A stretch of 64,000 nucleotides of DNA from Janibacter hoylei PVAS-1 (GCF_000297495.1 NZ_ALWX01000068.1:1-64000); one strand, 5' to 3'. Shown: positions 19,065 through 31,304, counted from the stretch's first letter. Numbers and translations: made by a program. Notes: generated by a model not told the origin, from the sequence alone.

Positions 19065-20439
19065 TCAGCCCTGCGACTTCTCCTGCACGGCCTGGGCTGC
19101 TCGCTGCGCAGCCTGGTTGACCGCACCGCTCACCTGACGCTGCGCGCTGCGGGGAGCGGAGGCCTCGGACTGCAGCTGCGGCAGCAGCTGGGCCATGAGC
19201 AGCGTCGACAGGGCCGAGCTGTCGCCCGAGCCGGCGTCGGTGTGGACGATGACCGGGCGCGGGGCGTCGTCGGCCAGCGTGGCGCCGACGTCGAGGCGGC
19301 GCCGGGCCAGCTCGTAGCCGAGGACCGCGCGGTTGTCGCGGTAGGCCGTGGCCAGCTGCTCCTGCGCCTTGGCCTCACCCTGGGCCGCGACGAGGTTGGT
19401 CCGCGCGCGGGTCTCGATCTCGTAGCGGATCTTCTGCGCCTCGGTCTCGCGCTCCTCGAGCATCTGCGCGACGTCCTTGCGGGCCTTGTTGAGCGAGGCC
19501 TGGACCTCGACGACCTTGGCGTCGCGGACCTTCTTGGAGCGCTCGATCTCCAGCAGCAGGGTGTCGATGCGGCGCTTGCGGGTCAGCTCCCACTCCTTTT
19601 CGTAGGCCACGAGCTCCTTGGCCACCCGCTCACGCGTGGCGAGGTGCTCCCGGTACTGGTCGGGCAGCTGCACGTCGGGGATGTTGCAGCCCATGATCTG
19701 CACGCCGTAGCGGGTCAGCTGACGGTTGAGCAGGTCCTGCATGTCCTTGACGTCGCTGCCGCGCAGGTCGTAGGCCTGCTCGGTGCGCACCTGCCGGCTG
19801 CGCTGCCGGATCGCGTCCTGCACCGAGTTGCTCAGCACGAGGTCGAAGTTGCCCGCACCGATCGTCTGGACGAAACGGATCGCGTCGACGATGCGGAAGC
19901 GCAGGAAGAACTCGATCGACTTCAGCGGCACGTTTTCGTGCGTCGGCGAGCTGAGCACCGGTGCGGTGTAGGGGATCTCGGTCGTCACGTCGACGACATA
20001 GGCGACCCGGGCCCACGGGTGCCACAGGTAGTGGCGGCCGGGGGGAGAGGCCGGGCCCGGAGATGGCGCCGAACTTCGTCAGCACCCCGACCGTGCCCTC
20101 CTCGATCTCGACGATCGAGGAGCGCCACCACCACAGTGCCGACAGGAGGAAGGCGAGGATCGCGACGAAGATCGCGAGCCCGCCGAGTGCGCCGTGGTCG
20201 GTCGCCGCGAGGAAGATCCCGCTCAGCAGGGCCCACGCGCCGAACCAGATGAGCGAGGTCCAGCGCATGCCGCGCTTGTCCTTGGGGATGACAACCGGCA
20301 CGACCGAGCCGGAGTCACCGCCGCGCAGGTAGCGGGCGACGTCGCCCCACCCGGAGACGACCTCCTTGATCGAGCTCATGCCCTGGCCACGCACTGCGCG
20401 GACCGCCTGCTCCATCATCTGGTCACTCATTGCGCTCAC
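19065..20439 (-). CDS. SPFH/band-7 domain membrane protein, with one G-run frameshift near 20035.
   Basis: N-terminal TM plus 'IVEIEEGTVGVLTKFG'. Continues in the other frame with '...EIPYTAPVLSSPTHENVPLKSIEFFLRFRIVDA...' and a long coiled-coil C-terminus. Confidence 0.7.
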
Positions 20440-22183
20440 CCTCGCTCATGTCGTTGATGGTGACCTGCGGCGCGGGGGTCACCCGCGGCGCCGGCGGTGC
20501 CGGCGGGGTCGGCTCGTCGACCGCCGGCGGGACCGGCGGGTTGGTGCCCGGCGGCGGGGGCGGCGGTTCCTCCCCTTCGCCCGGCAGGTCGATCTCCTCG
20601 GTGACCGACTGACGGATCTCGTCGAGACGCTGCTCGCCGGCCGGGTCGGTCTCCGTCTCGGTGACCGGCAGGATCTCGACCTCGGTCTCCTCCGGAGCCT
20701 GGAGCAGCTCGGCGATCTCGGACTCGCGCTCGGCGACCCGCTCGGCGATGTCGGCCTGACGGGCCCGGATGGCCTCCATGTCGTCGGCGCTGAAGAGCTG
20801 GCTGCTCTGACCGCCGACGAGCTGACGGGCGATCTGCAGGTAGTCGACGCCCTCGGACTCGCCACCCACGCGCACGATCTGGGGGAGCGACCCGGAGACG
20901 CCCTCCATCTTGTCGAGCATGTCCTGCTGATAGCGGTAGTCGAGGATCTCCGGGGCGAGCGCCGCGCTCAGCGCACGGATGTCGAGGGCCTGCGCCTCGA
21001 GGAGCGCCGCGTTGGCGTGGGCCTCGGACTCGGACTCGACGAAGCGCTGGCGGGCCACGGCATTGGCGCGGTTGGTCTCCCGCTCGAGGGCGGTGTCCAT
21101 CTGCGCCTGGTAGCGGGCGATGTCGGCCTGGATCGCCGAGAGGTTTTCGTTGAGCGAGGCGAGGTCCTTGTTGAGGTCACCCTCGTTCTGCTCCTTCTTC
21201 AGCCCCAGCTCGTAGTCGTAGGTGTAGGCCTCCTTGGCCACCCGGATCATCTCCGGCGCCGCGAGATCCATCCGGTACTCCTGCGCGGAGGGCTCGGCGT
21301 GGGTGATGTTGGCCGTCGTCAGCTCGACCGCGGGAGCGAACTGCGCGTTGAGCTGGTCGAGCAGCCGCGCCGTGCTCTCGCCGACGAGGTCGTAGATGCC
21401 CGAGGCCTCCTGCTCGTAGATCAGGGAGCGGGTCGTCTCCGAGATCGCGTTGTTGAGCTTGTCCTGGAAGCCCTGCACGGCACCGAGGACGAAGACGAAC
21501 TCGCGCGCGCTGACGATGCGGAACTGGAGGAAGAGGTCGACCGATGCCTGCACGCCGGACTTCGTGGGGGCCGAGCGGATCGGCGCGTTGAAGGGGTACT
21601 CGCGCGTCGTGTTGACGATGTAGGAGACCCGCTTCCACGGGTTCCACAGGGTCACCCGACCGGGACCGACCTCGGCCTCGACCTTGCCGAAGCGGGAGAT
21701 CAGCGCCGTGCAGCCCTCAGGCACCATGACCATGCCCTGGCGCCACCACAGGAAGGCCGCGGCGACGACCACGAGCAGCCAGTAGTGCGGGCCGAAGACC
21801 GCCAGGCTGATGCCGAAGGGCAGCAGCACGACCCCGCCGGCGACGCCGATGAGCACGAGCAGGATGGCCGGCGCCATCGCCTGCAGCCGGCGCCCCTTGG
21901 GCATGACCATCGGCGTGATGACGTGGACCGGGCCGCTCTGGCCCATCTCGTAGCGGCTGCGGCTGAGCGCCTCGGCCGCGTCGTCGAGGGCGACGTGGTC
22001 GGCATTGATCCGGGTACCGGCGGACCCCCCTTCGCCCCGTGCCGCGGGGAAGTCCCGCGCGTTGAGGTCGAAGCCGGCGCTCTGCTGCACCTGCCCGAGT
22101 GCCTGGTCGACCGCCTGCCCCACGCCGGCCGCGTCCGCGACCTGCCTGGCCCTGTCCATGAACTGCTGTGCTGGGTTGCTCAC
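20423..22183 (-). CDS. SPFH/band-7 (flotillin/YqiK-like) protein, 586 aa, with a Pro-rich C-terminus.
   Basis: 'MVMVPEGCTALISRFGKVEAEVGPGRVTLWNPWKRVSYIVNTTREYPFNAPI...SVDLFLQFRIV' SPFH core plus coiled coil. Overlaps the downstream SPFH gene start by 17 bp. Confidence 0.8.
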   Translation of the reverse strand: MSNPAQQFMDRARQVADAAGVGQAVDQALGQVQQSAGFDLNARDFPAARGEGGSAGTRINADHVALDDAAEALSRSRYEMGQSGPVHVITPMVMPKGRRLQAMAPAILLVLIGVAGGVVLLPFGISLAVFGPHYWLLVVVAAAFLWWRQGMVMVPEGCTALISRFGKVEAEVGPGRVTLWNPWKRVSYIVNTTREYPFNAPIRSAPTKSGVQASVDLFLQFRIVSAREFVFVLGAVQGFQDKLNNAISETTRSLIYEQEASGIYDLVGESTARLLDQLNAQFAPAVELTTANITHAEPSAQEYRMDLAAPEMIRVAKEAYTYDYELGLKKEQNEGDLNKDLASLNENLSAIQADIARYQAQMDTALERETNRANAVARQRFVESESEAHANAALLEAQALDIRALSAALAPEILDYRYQQDMLDKMEGVSGSLPQIVRVGGESEGVDYLQIARQLVGGQSSQLFSADDMEAIRARQADIAERVAERESEIAELLQAPEETEVEILPVTETETDPAGEQRLDEIRQSVTEEIDLPGEGEEPPPPPPGTNPPVPPAVDEPTPPAPPAPRVTPAPQVTINDMSEGERNE

Positions 22184-22246
22184 CCGTGCCCCTTTGCTCG
22201 TTCCCTGAGTTGCGGCGAGTGTCCCACAAGGGGTTTGGCTGCATCA

Positions 22247-22330
22247 GGGGGAGCGCTCCCCATCTTCGCTCTCTGAGGCGGTCGCGCAGCGCTCCCCACC
22301 TTCGCTCCCTGAGGAGGTCGCGCAGCGACC
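22247..22330 (-). promoter_or_regulatory. Two tandem ~40-bp units containing the palindrome GGGGAGCGCTCCCC and CTGAGG boxes, upstream of the SPFH operon.
   Basis: Perfect palindrome at 22247-22261, with CTGAGG at 22273 and 22309. The second unit has a half-site GCGCAGCGCTCCCCA. The same composite occurs at 10087-10116. Confidence 0.45.
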
Positions 22331-22342
22331 GTCTCGAAGGGG

Positions 22343-23486
22343 CTACACCCGCGGCCGCCCCTGCCGCAGCCGCACGAGCGCCAACGGCAGCGTCAGCAGC
22401 GCGAAGGCGCCGGTCACGGCGAGCGCCGTCGGGAAGTCCGCGGCGACCGCGATCGCGCCGACGACCACCGAGCCGATGGCCGAGCCGAGGTCGAAGCCGA
22501 CATTCCAGATCGAGCTGGCCAGCCCGAGGTGGCGTCGGCTCACGGAGGCGAAGGAGATGACGAGGGTGAGGTTTTGCAGCGCCCCGTAGGCGCTGCCGAG
22601 GAGCAACGCGCCGACGATCAGCACGGGCACGGACTGCTCGTGCACGGCCCACGCCATGCCGCCGACGCCGACGACGGTGAGCAGGACGAAGGGGGCGAGG
22701 AACCGCTCCGCCCCGAGCCGGTCCGCGACGCCGCCGATCCACCACCGGAAGATCGCCGCCATGAGCTCCATGAGCGCCAGCGCCGGGATGACGACCGCCG
22801 GGTCGCGCACCATCTGCGGGCCGAAGGTCAGCACCGCTCCGCCGGCGATCGTCACGCCCAGGAGGAGGACCATCGGGCGCAGCAGTGTGATCGTCGCGCG
22901 GGCCGTGCTCGCGCCACCCACGTCCGTGCCGCGGTCGCTGCCGGAGGGGAAGGTCTCGAGGGCCCGCCCGAGCGCCAGGGCCGCCGGCACCCCGAGGAGG
23001 GGGATGGCGCCCGCGACGAAGACGGGGACGAAGCCGACCGTCTCCGCGACCCACGACCCGAGGGGGAGCAGCACGACCTGCGGGCCGGCGATCGCCAGAC
23101 CGTAGGCACCGACCGCCTTGCCCCGCGTCTCCGGGTCGGACAGCTCGGCCACCGCGGCGCTGCCGGCGACCGTGAGGATGCCGAAGCCCACCCCGCGCAC
23201 CGCAGACAGCGCGAGGATCGAATGGAGTGCATCGCTGGCCGCCAGGCCCAGCGACGGGGCGCCGAGCAGGACGAGCCCGGTGGCCAGGGTCGGCCCCCAG
23301 CCGAAGCGACGCAGCAGCGCCGGGACGGTGAACTGCGTGAGGACGGTGACGAGGAGGAGCACGCCGTTGACGAGGCCGGCGCCCCCCTTCGTCGGCGCCA
23401 CCGCGCACCGCCCACAGGGGTGCCACGGGCATGAGGACGGCGAACCCGCTGAAGCCCAGGAAGGTCGCCATCAGCAGCGCGGGCAT
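22343..23486 (-). CDS. MFS transporter, with one C-run frameshift near 23395.
   Basis: 12 predicted TM segments. The N-terminus 'MPALLMATFLGFSGFAVLMPVAPLWAVRGGA' is in a different frame from the body. Confidence 0.6.
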
Positions 23487-23526
23487 GCCCCGCGCGGTCC
23501 ACACACTGCTCACCGGCAGCAGTCTC

Positions 23527-25041
23527 TCACCCCGCGTGCATGCTCCCGGTCTCCAGGAACCGCTCGTGCCAGCTGAGCGCCTCGCCGAGCAGGTGGGGGG
23601 TGTGCACGGCGTCGGGCCGGGCGGCCTGCGCGCGGGCGAAGTAGTCGTGCAGCGCCGGCCGGAAGGAGGGGTCGGCGCAGTGGTCGATGATCCGCGGCGC
23701 CCGCTGGCGCGGGGAGAGTCCGCGCAGGTCGGCCAGCCCGTGCTCGCTGACGATGATCTGCACGTCGTGCTCGGTGTGGTCGACGTGGCTGGCCATCGGG
23801 ACGAAGGCGGAAACCTTGCCCCCCTTCGCCGTGGAGGGGGTGAGGAAGAAGTTGAGGAAGGCATTGCGGGTGAAGTCGCCGCTGCCGCCGATGCCGTTCA
23901 TGATCCGGCTGCCGGCGATGTGCGTCGAGTTGACGTTGCCGTAGATGTCGGCCTCGATCATGCCGTTCATCGCGATGACGCCGAGGCGCCGGACCAGCTC
24001 GGGGTGGTTGGAGATCTCCTCGCTGCGCAGCAGGATCCGGCCCTTGTAGCTGCTGATGTTGGCGAGGAAGCGCTCTACGCCCACGTCGGAGAGGCCGAAG
24101 GAGGTCGCCGACGCGGCCCGCACCGTCCCGCTGTCGAGGAGGTCGAGCAGCCCGTCCTGGAGCACTTCGGTGAAGGCGACGAGGTCGGTGAACTCGCTGC
24201 CGTCCAGCCCCGCGAGCACGGCATTGGCGACGTTGCCGACCCCGGACTGCAGCGGCAGGAGCGAAGGGGGCATCCGCCCGGCCCGCACCTCGTGCCGGAG
24301 GAAGTCGACGACGTGACCCGCGATCGCCCGCGAGGTCTCGTCGGGCGGGGTGAAGGGTGAGTTGCGGTCCGGTCGGTCGGTCTCGACGACGGCCACGACC
24401 TTGGCCGGGTCGACCCGCAGGTAGGGGTCGCCGATCCGCTGCATCGGGTCGGTCAGCTGGATCGGCCGGCGGTGCGGCGGCAGCTGGGTGCCGTAGTAGA
24501 CGTCGTGGAAGCCCTCGAACTCGCGCGGCTGCCAGTGGTTGACCTCGAGGATCACCCGGTCGGCCTGGTCGAGCCAGGTCTTGTTGTTGCCGACCGAGCT
24601 GCTCGGCACGAGCAGGCCGTTGGGCAGCACCGCGGTGACCTCGACGACGGCGACGTCGAGGTTGCCGTAGAAGCCGAACCACATGTGCTGGGCGGAGTGG
24701 CTCAGGTGCGCGTCGACGTAGTCGACCTCGCCGGAGTTGATCAGGCTGCGCATCGTCGGGTCGGAGTTGTACGGCAGGCGGGAGGAGACTCCCTTCGCCT
24801 CCGCGAGGACACCGTCGGCGTCGGGCGCGGTCGAGGCACCCGTCCACAGCCCGATGCGGAAGTCCTCGCCCCGCGCGTGCGCCGCGACCATCCGGTCGTG
24901 CAGGGCGGTCGGCAGCGCCTTGGGGTAGCCGGCCCCGGTGAACCCGCTCATCCCGACGTTGTCGCCGGGGCGGATGTGCTCGACCGCCTTCTCCGCTGTC
25001 GTGACGCGTGTGCTCAGGAGCGGGCAGATGACACGGGACAT
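23527..25041 (-). CDS. Acetyl-CoA hydrolase/transferase family protein (succinyl-CoA:acetate CoA-transferase-like).
   Basis: 504 aa, intact. 'GMSGFTGAGYPKALP' and 'GGSGDF' motifs of the Cat1/ScpC family. Confidence 0.85.
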   Translation of the reverse strand: MSRVICPLLSTRVTTAEKAVEHIRPGDNVGMSGFTGAGYPKALPTALHDRMVAAHARGEDFRIGLWTGASTAPDADGVLAEAKGVSSRLPYNSDPTMRSLINSGEVDYVDAHLSHSAQHMWFGFYGNLDVAVVEVTAVLPNGLLVPSSSVGNNKTWLDQADRVILEVNHWQPREFEGFHDVYYGTQLPPHRRPIQLTDPMQRIGDPYLRVDPAKVVAVVETDRPDRNSPFTPPDETSRAIAGHVVDFLRHEVRAGRMPPSLLPLQSGVGNVANAVLAGLDGSEFTDLVAFTEVLQDGLLDLLDSGTVRAASATSFGLSDVGVERFLANISSYKGRILLRSEEISNHPELVRRLGVIAMNGMIEADIYGNVNSTHIAGSRIMNGIGGSGDFTRNAFLNFFLTPSTAKGGKVSAFVPMASHVDHTEHDVQIIVSEHGLADLRGLSPRQRAPRIIDHCADPSFRPALHDYFARAQAARPDAVHTPHLLGEALSWHERFLETGSMHAG

Positions 25042-25063
25042 GGCGTCATCCTGTCAGGGCCGG

Positions 25064-25840
25064 TCACGACCCCTTCGGCCAGGAGTCGTCGACGGCGCGG
25101 CCGCCCTCGACGACGGGCTCGTCGGTCGGTGCCTCGTGCGACCACGAGTCGCGGGGTCGGTAGCCGAGCTCGAGCATGGTGTTGGTCATCGACCAGCGGC
25201 GATTGAGGTTGTCGGAGACCGCGTAGTAGATGCCGAAGTCGATGTCCGCCTCGATCGCGCAGCGCACGACCTGTGCGGCGTCGTCCTCGCTCAGCCACAT
25301 GGCATGGAGGAGATCGGTGTCGACGAGGGTCGGGTCACCGCAGACCCAGCCGATCCGCAACGCGATGAAGGACAGCCCGTGCTCGTCGAAGTAGTACCGG
25401 CCCAGCGTCTCGCCGAAGACCTTGGACACCCCGTAGAGCGAGTCGGCACGGGGGAGTGTGCCGGGGTAGACCGGCCACTGCTCGAGCCGGTCGTACATGC
25501 CCATCGCGTGATTGGACGAGGCGAAGACGACCCGTGCCACCCCGGCCGCACGAGCGGCTTCCAGGACGTTGCGGGTGCCGACGATGTTGGCGTCGAGCAC
25601 CTGGCCCCACGAGGCTTCTGGCGATGCCGCACCGGCCAGGTGGACGACGGTGTCGATGCCGTCCATGGCTGCCAGGACCGCGTCGTAGTCGACCAGGTCG
25701 GCCCCGCGGACCACCGGGTCGGCGCCCGGGTCGGGTTCGCGTGCGTGCCCGACGAGGTCGTAGTCGTCGTGCAGGCGCTGGGTCAGGATCGTGCCGACCC
25801 CGCCCGTCGAACCGGTGATGAGGACACGTCGCTTCGTCAT
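25064..25840 (-). CDS. NAD(P)-dependent epimerase/dehydratase (SDR) family protein.
   Basis: 'VLITGSTGGVGT' Rossmann motif. 'YGVSK' matches YxxxK. Confidence 0.8.
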   Translation of the reverse strand: MTKRRVLITGSTGGVGTILTQRLHDDYDLVGHAREPDPGADPVVRGADLVDYDAVLAAMDGIDTVVHLAGAASPEASWGQVLDANIVGTRNVLEAARAAGVARVVFASSNHAMGMYDRLEQWPVYPGTLPRADSLYGVSKVFGETLGRYYFDEHGLSFIALRIGWVCGDPTLVDTDLLHAMWLSEDDAAQVVRCAIEADIDFGIYYAVSDNLNRRWSMTNTMLELGYRPRDSWSHEAPTDEPVVEGGRAVDDSWPKGS

Positions 25841-26029
25841 CCCCCCACTCTGCTGCGTCCGGGCGGTTCGTCAACAGGGCAGGCGCCAGGACCCGCAGGG
25901 CGCCGTCCTCGTCGGTGGCGTCCGTCGATGGGCGGGGCGAGCTCACGGGAGGAGTCATGTGCGTGACTGCAGTGCTCGCGAGGAGCAAGGAGTCCGACCC
26001 GACTGGAGCCGCGTGGCTAGCATGTCCCC

Positions 26030-26515
26030 ATGGTCGTCGGCTTGCGGAATGTCGTGCGTCTGGCAGCCTGCGTCGTGCTCCTGATGCTTCTTGCCGCGTG
26101 CGGGAGCATCCCGCAGGACCCTGACGGGACGCTCGACCGGGTGCGTTCATCGGGCGAGCTCCGGGTGGGTGTGTCCCACCACCCGCCGTGGACCGACGTG
26201 ACGACGAGCCCGCCCTCCGGCTCCGAGGTGGAGATCATCACGGGATGGGCCGAATCACTCGGTGCCACGGTCGCCTGGCAGGTCGATGGTGAGGAGGCCC
26301 TCGTGGCCGCACTTGAGCGCGGTGACATCGATGTCCTCATCGGCGGTGTCACAGACCAGAGCGCATGGAGCTCGAAGGTCGGACTCACCCGGCCCTACGT
26401 CGAGGTCCCTGGTCCGGACGGACCACGCGCCCACGTGATGGCGGTCCCGGCCGGCGAGAACGCCGCGCAGTCCTCGCTCGAGCGGTGGCTCGACACCCAC
26501 GGGAGGGCGCCGTGA
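26030..26515 (+). CDS. Lipoprotein, solute-binding-like domain.
   Basis: Signal peptide plus lipobox 'LLAACG'. Confidence 0.5.
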   Translation: MVVGLRNVVRLAACVVLLMLLAACGSIPQDPDGTLDRVRSSGELRVGVSHHPPWTDVTTSPPSGSEVEIITGWAESLGATVAWQVDGEEALVAALERGDIDVLIGGVTDQSAWSSKVGLTRPYVEVPGPDGPRAHVMAVPAGENAAQSSLERWLDTHGRAP

Positions 26516-27489
26516 GCACGCCGGGAGCGCTCTCCTTCGGGCGCACCCGGCTACCGGACGAGCAGGGCACGGCCCTGCGGCGGGCCATCCGGCTCGAGTG
26601 GGTGACCCTGGGGTACATGGCGACCTGCATCGTCGTGGTCTTTTTCGCGATGGGCAGCTCGCAGGCGATGAAGGCGGCCTGGGTGGAGGACATGCTCGCC
26701 CTCATCCCGCCGGTCGCCTTCCTGTTCGCGCAGCGGCGCGCCCGACGCCCGGTGGACGCCGAGCACCCCTACGGTCACCATCGCGCCGTCGGTGGTGGAC
26801 ACCTGGCAGCCGCGGTCGCCCTCCTGGGCATGGGCGTCTACCTCATCGTCGACTCGGCGATGGGTCTGCTGCACGGTGAGCACCCTCCGGTCGGGACCGT
26901 CGACCTCTTCGGACATGCGGTGTGGGCGGGCTGGGTGATGATCGCCGCGATGGCCTACACCGCCATCGGCCCCGTCGTCCTGGGACGGATGAAGCTGCCG
27001 CTCGCAGACACCTTGCACGACCGGGTCCTGTACAACGACGCGGACATGCAGAAGGCGGACTGGCGCACTGCGACCGGGACGATCGTCGGCGTCCTAGGCA
27101 TCGGGGTCGGGCTGTGGTGGGCGGACGCGGTCGTCGCGATCGCGATCTCCATGTCGATCATCCGCGACGGGTGGACCAACGTGCGACACGCCTCGGGCGC
27201 GCTCATGGACGCCCAGGCCCGCACGGTGGACGGGACGCGACGCCACCCCCTGACCGAGCAGGTCGACGAGGCACTCGAGGAGATCGGGTGGGTGCACAGC
27301 AGCCACAGCCGCGTGCGCGACATGGGGCACGTCTTCCATGTGGAGAGCTTCGTCGTGCCGCACGCGGGTCACATCGCCGACATCGACGACCTCGAGCACG
27401 CCGCCCAGGTAGCGCGTGACCTCGACTGGAAGGTCGACGACGTCGTCATCGTCCCCGTTCGGCAGATCCCCGAGACCTTCACCCGCTGA
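26512..27489 (+). CDS. Cation diffusion facilitator (CDF) family transporter.
   Basis: 6 TM plus a C-terminal cytoplasmic domain. 'HGHHRAVGGGH' metal-binding region. Confidence 0.75.
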   Translation: MSTPGALSFGRTRLPDEQGTALRRAIRLEWVTLGYMATCIVVVFFAMGSSQAMKAAWVEDMLALIPPVAFLFAQRRARRPVDAEHPYGHHRAVGGGHLAAAVALLGMGVYLIVDSAMGLLHGEHPPVGTVDLFGHAVWAGWVMIAAMAYTAIGPVVLGRMKLPLADTLHDRVLYNDADMQKADWRTATGTIVGVLGIGVGLWWADAVVAIAISMSIIRDGWTNVRHASGALMDAQARTVDGTRRHPLTEQVDEALEEIGWVHSSHSRVRDMGHVFHVESFVVPHAGHIADIDDLEHAAQVARDLDWKVDDVVIVPVRQIPETFTR

Positions 27490-27599
27490 CGGGCGCGACC
27501 GCCATCGTCCCCGTCGCAGTCCTGCGCGGGACCCAGTGCAGGTGCCCACCGGCCGTGACGTCGGCACCCGGGTCGGCGGGCGGGTGACCTATGCCCCCG

Positions 27600-28018
27600 A
27601 CACCGATCGAGGTCGACGCGTGGCCTGCGCGAGCACGAGGCCGCGACGGCGGTGGGGCTGTCCACGGGCTGGAGCCACGACCTGCCCGTCCCCTTGCCGC
27701 ACGCCGGGTGCGTGGTGCTGGCCGACCAAGCACAGCTCGACCCGATGGAGCTGCTGCACGGTCTTGTCGCGGATCTGCGTGCCGCCGGTGGCCGGGTGGT
27801 CACCGGTCCGCGTCCAGCACGTCTCGGAGATCGGCCGGCCCACGGTGCGCTGGGACGGCGGTCGGATGTCGAGCGACACCATCGTCCTGGCCGAGGACCT
27901 GTCGACCGATGATTTGTCCGGTTTGCTGTGGCCGTTGTACGGCGCCCTCATCGCCAACCTCCAGGTCCTCATCGACGTCGTCGACGACGTGGCCACGGCG
28001 GAGCCGGTGCGCACCTGA
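27600..28018 (+). pseudogene. C-terminal fragment of an FAD-dependent oxidoreductase (DAO-like), frameshifted.
   Basis: '...AAGGRVVTG' followed by 'VRVQHVSEIGRPTVRWDGGRMSSDTIVLAEDL'. There is no room for an N-terminal FAD-binding domain. Confidence 0.3.
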
Positions 28019-28041
28019 GACTGCGAGACCGCGCGTCAGTC

Positions 28042-28461
28042 ATGGCGCAGGGGTCGACCAGCTGCGATCGGCGCTGTGTGAAGGGCCTCGCGTTCGACTT
28101 CGTCCACGCGGACCTTCCGGGCATGGACCCCGGGAGCATCGACGTCAACATGGGTCGCGGCGTCCTGACCTTGACCGCTCACCGCTCCTCCCTGCACGAG
28201 CAAGAGGTCCAGTGGTTGACCAGTGAACGCTTCTCCGGCAGTTACCGGCGGCAGCTCACCTTCGGGGACGACATCGATCCCGATCAGGTGTCGGCCACCT
28301 ACGACAACGGGGTCCTGACCGTCGTCCTGCCGGTGAACAAGCGATCGCTGCCGCGACAGATCTCGGTCGGGACACCTTCCTCCCAGCCGGTCGAAGTGGA
28401 GGCGTCCTCCGACCGGGGCGAGGAGTCGTCCAGCACCCGTGATCGCGAGAGTTCCACGTAG
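28042..28461 (+). CDS. Hsp20/alpha-crystallin family small heat-shock protein.
   Basis: 'GVLTLTA...FSGSYRRQLTFGDDIDPDQVSATYDNGVLTVVLP'. Confidence 0.85.
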   Translation: MAQGSTSCDRRCVKGLAFDFVHADLPGMDPGSIDVNMGRGVLTLTAHRSSLHEQEVQWLTSERFSGSYRRQLTFGDDIDPDQVSATYDNGVLTVVLPVNKRSLPRQISVGTPSSQPVEVEASSDRGEESSSTRDRESST

Positions 28462-28477
28462 TCGACCCGCGATCCAC

Positions 28478-28511
28478 GCGAAGAGCCCTGCACCCGTGCA
28501 GGGCTCTTCGC
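28478..28511. terminator. Bidirectional hairpin GCGAAGAGCCCTGCAC-ccg-GTGCAGGGCTCTTCGC.
   Basis: Lies between the convergent Hsp20 and cinA 3' ends. Confidence 0.6.
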
Positions 28512-28528
28512 GTCGGGCAGGGCGAAGG

Positions 28529-29005
28529 TCACGGGAGGAGTCGGTGGATCTCCTGCAGCGCGGACTCGACGGTGTCCTCGAGGGCCTTCGCCGGGTCGTC
28601 GGAGCACTCCACCAGTCGGCTGCCCTCCTCGAACGCGGTCGACCACCCCAGGTACACCGTCCCCGCAGGGTGGCCGTCCTGGTCCTGCGGACCCCCGACA
28701 CCCGTAGCGGAGACGGCGATGGTGGCGTCCGTCAGCTCACGCACCCCGCGCGCGAGTTCTTGGGCCGCGGCGCTCGATACGGGATCGAGTCCACGCGTCA
28801 TGCCCAGGACGGTTGTCTTGACGTCGACGCTGTACGCGACGACGGCGCCCGCGAACCATTGACTGGCGTTCTGCCCCCGTCCCAAGCGCGCGGCGATGTT
28901 CCCGCTGGTCAGGGACTCGGCGACCGCGATCCGGGCGTCGGCGACCGCGGCGGCACGAGCGATCTCGTCGACGAGTTTGCCTGCGGAGGCGGAGGTCACG
29001 ACCAA
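28529..29005 (-). CDS. CinA-family protein (C-terminal PncC-like nicotinamide-nucleotide amidohydrolase domain).
   Basis: 158 aa. 'IAVAESLTSG' and 'SATGVGGP' motifs. Confidence 0.8.
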   Translation of the reverse strand: MVVTSASAGKLVDEIARAAAVADARIAVAESLTSGNIAARLGRGQNASQWFAGAVVAYSVDVKTTVLGMTRGLDPVSSAAAQELARGVRELTDATIAVSATGVGGPQDQDGHPAGTVYLGWSTAFEEGSRLVECSDDPAKALEDTVESALQEIHRLLP

Positions 29006-29616
29006 AACGCTAGTACGTCGATGGTGCTGGGGCGAGTGCTGCCGCGCAGTTCGCCAGAGACGGCTCAGATGTAGGAGTGCATCGGGCGGCCATTATCGGT
29101 ACTGGGAGCTTTTGACCAACTCCGGTCTGCCTGCGCGAGGATGATCGCAGTCCGGGCTCGCCACCCTCACCCGATACGCGCACGCGGCGAGGACGAGCAA
29201 CGGGTGACAATTTGAGAACGGCAGCAGGGCACATGGAGTTCTGCCGCCTCGTGCAGTGCCAGATCTCCCAGTACCCGGGGCTGATGCCGACAGGTGGCGA
29301 GAGGGGCTGACCGCTGCTTGCAGGTGACTTTCGGAACGAGATCTGTCGGTCGGCGCTCATCTCGGCCCGGCTCAGGTCCTGCTCCTTTGTCGTGCCCTCC
29401 TCGGCGCGCGGCGCGGCTGCCACCGCTGCCCCTTCGTCGTGGTCTCCTTGGGTGGCTCGGGTGCCGGGACTTCCGTTCATGACCTGCGGCATGACGTCGC
29501 CTCCATTGAAGACGACGGTGACACGACGCGCACGCCGGTTTTTACCGCTGTAGCAACGGGCTCGCTCTCTGAGTGGGTAGCCATGTTTACCCTGTCTGCA
29601 CCGGAGCACAAACTGA

Positions 29617-29652
29617 GGGCCAGGATCCCCGATATTCCGGGGATCCTGGCCC
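29617..29652 (-). terminator. Perfect 14-bp-stem hairpin GGGCCAGGATCCCC-gatattcc-GGGGATCCTGGCCC, 19 bp downstream of the glnA stop.
   Basis: On the minus strand it is followed by TCAGTTTGTGC (a U-tract). Confidence 0.6.
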
Positions 29653-29670
29653 TTGTCATGCCTCCGAAGA

Positions 29671-31096
<1,426 letters not shown>

Positions 31097-31304
31097 ACCA
31101 TCCTCCTGGGGTGGGGCGGCAGGCCGCTCTGACCTGCCGCTTCAACTGTTGGTCAAACCCTAGGCGGGGCCGATTACCCGGCCATGACCCAAATGTTTCA
31201 CCCGTGTTACACGAGACCGAGATCCCATGTGGTGAGACCGATCCTAGCCAGCGGCCGGTCCGGGCGGCGGGAGCGTCCACGGCTGGTCCACATAGGCTGC
31301 CCCG

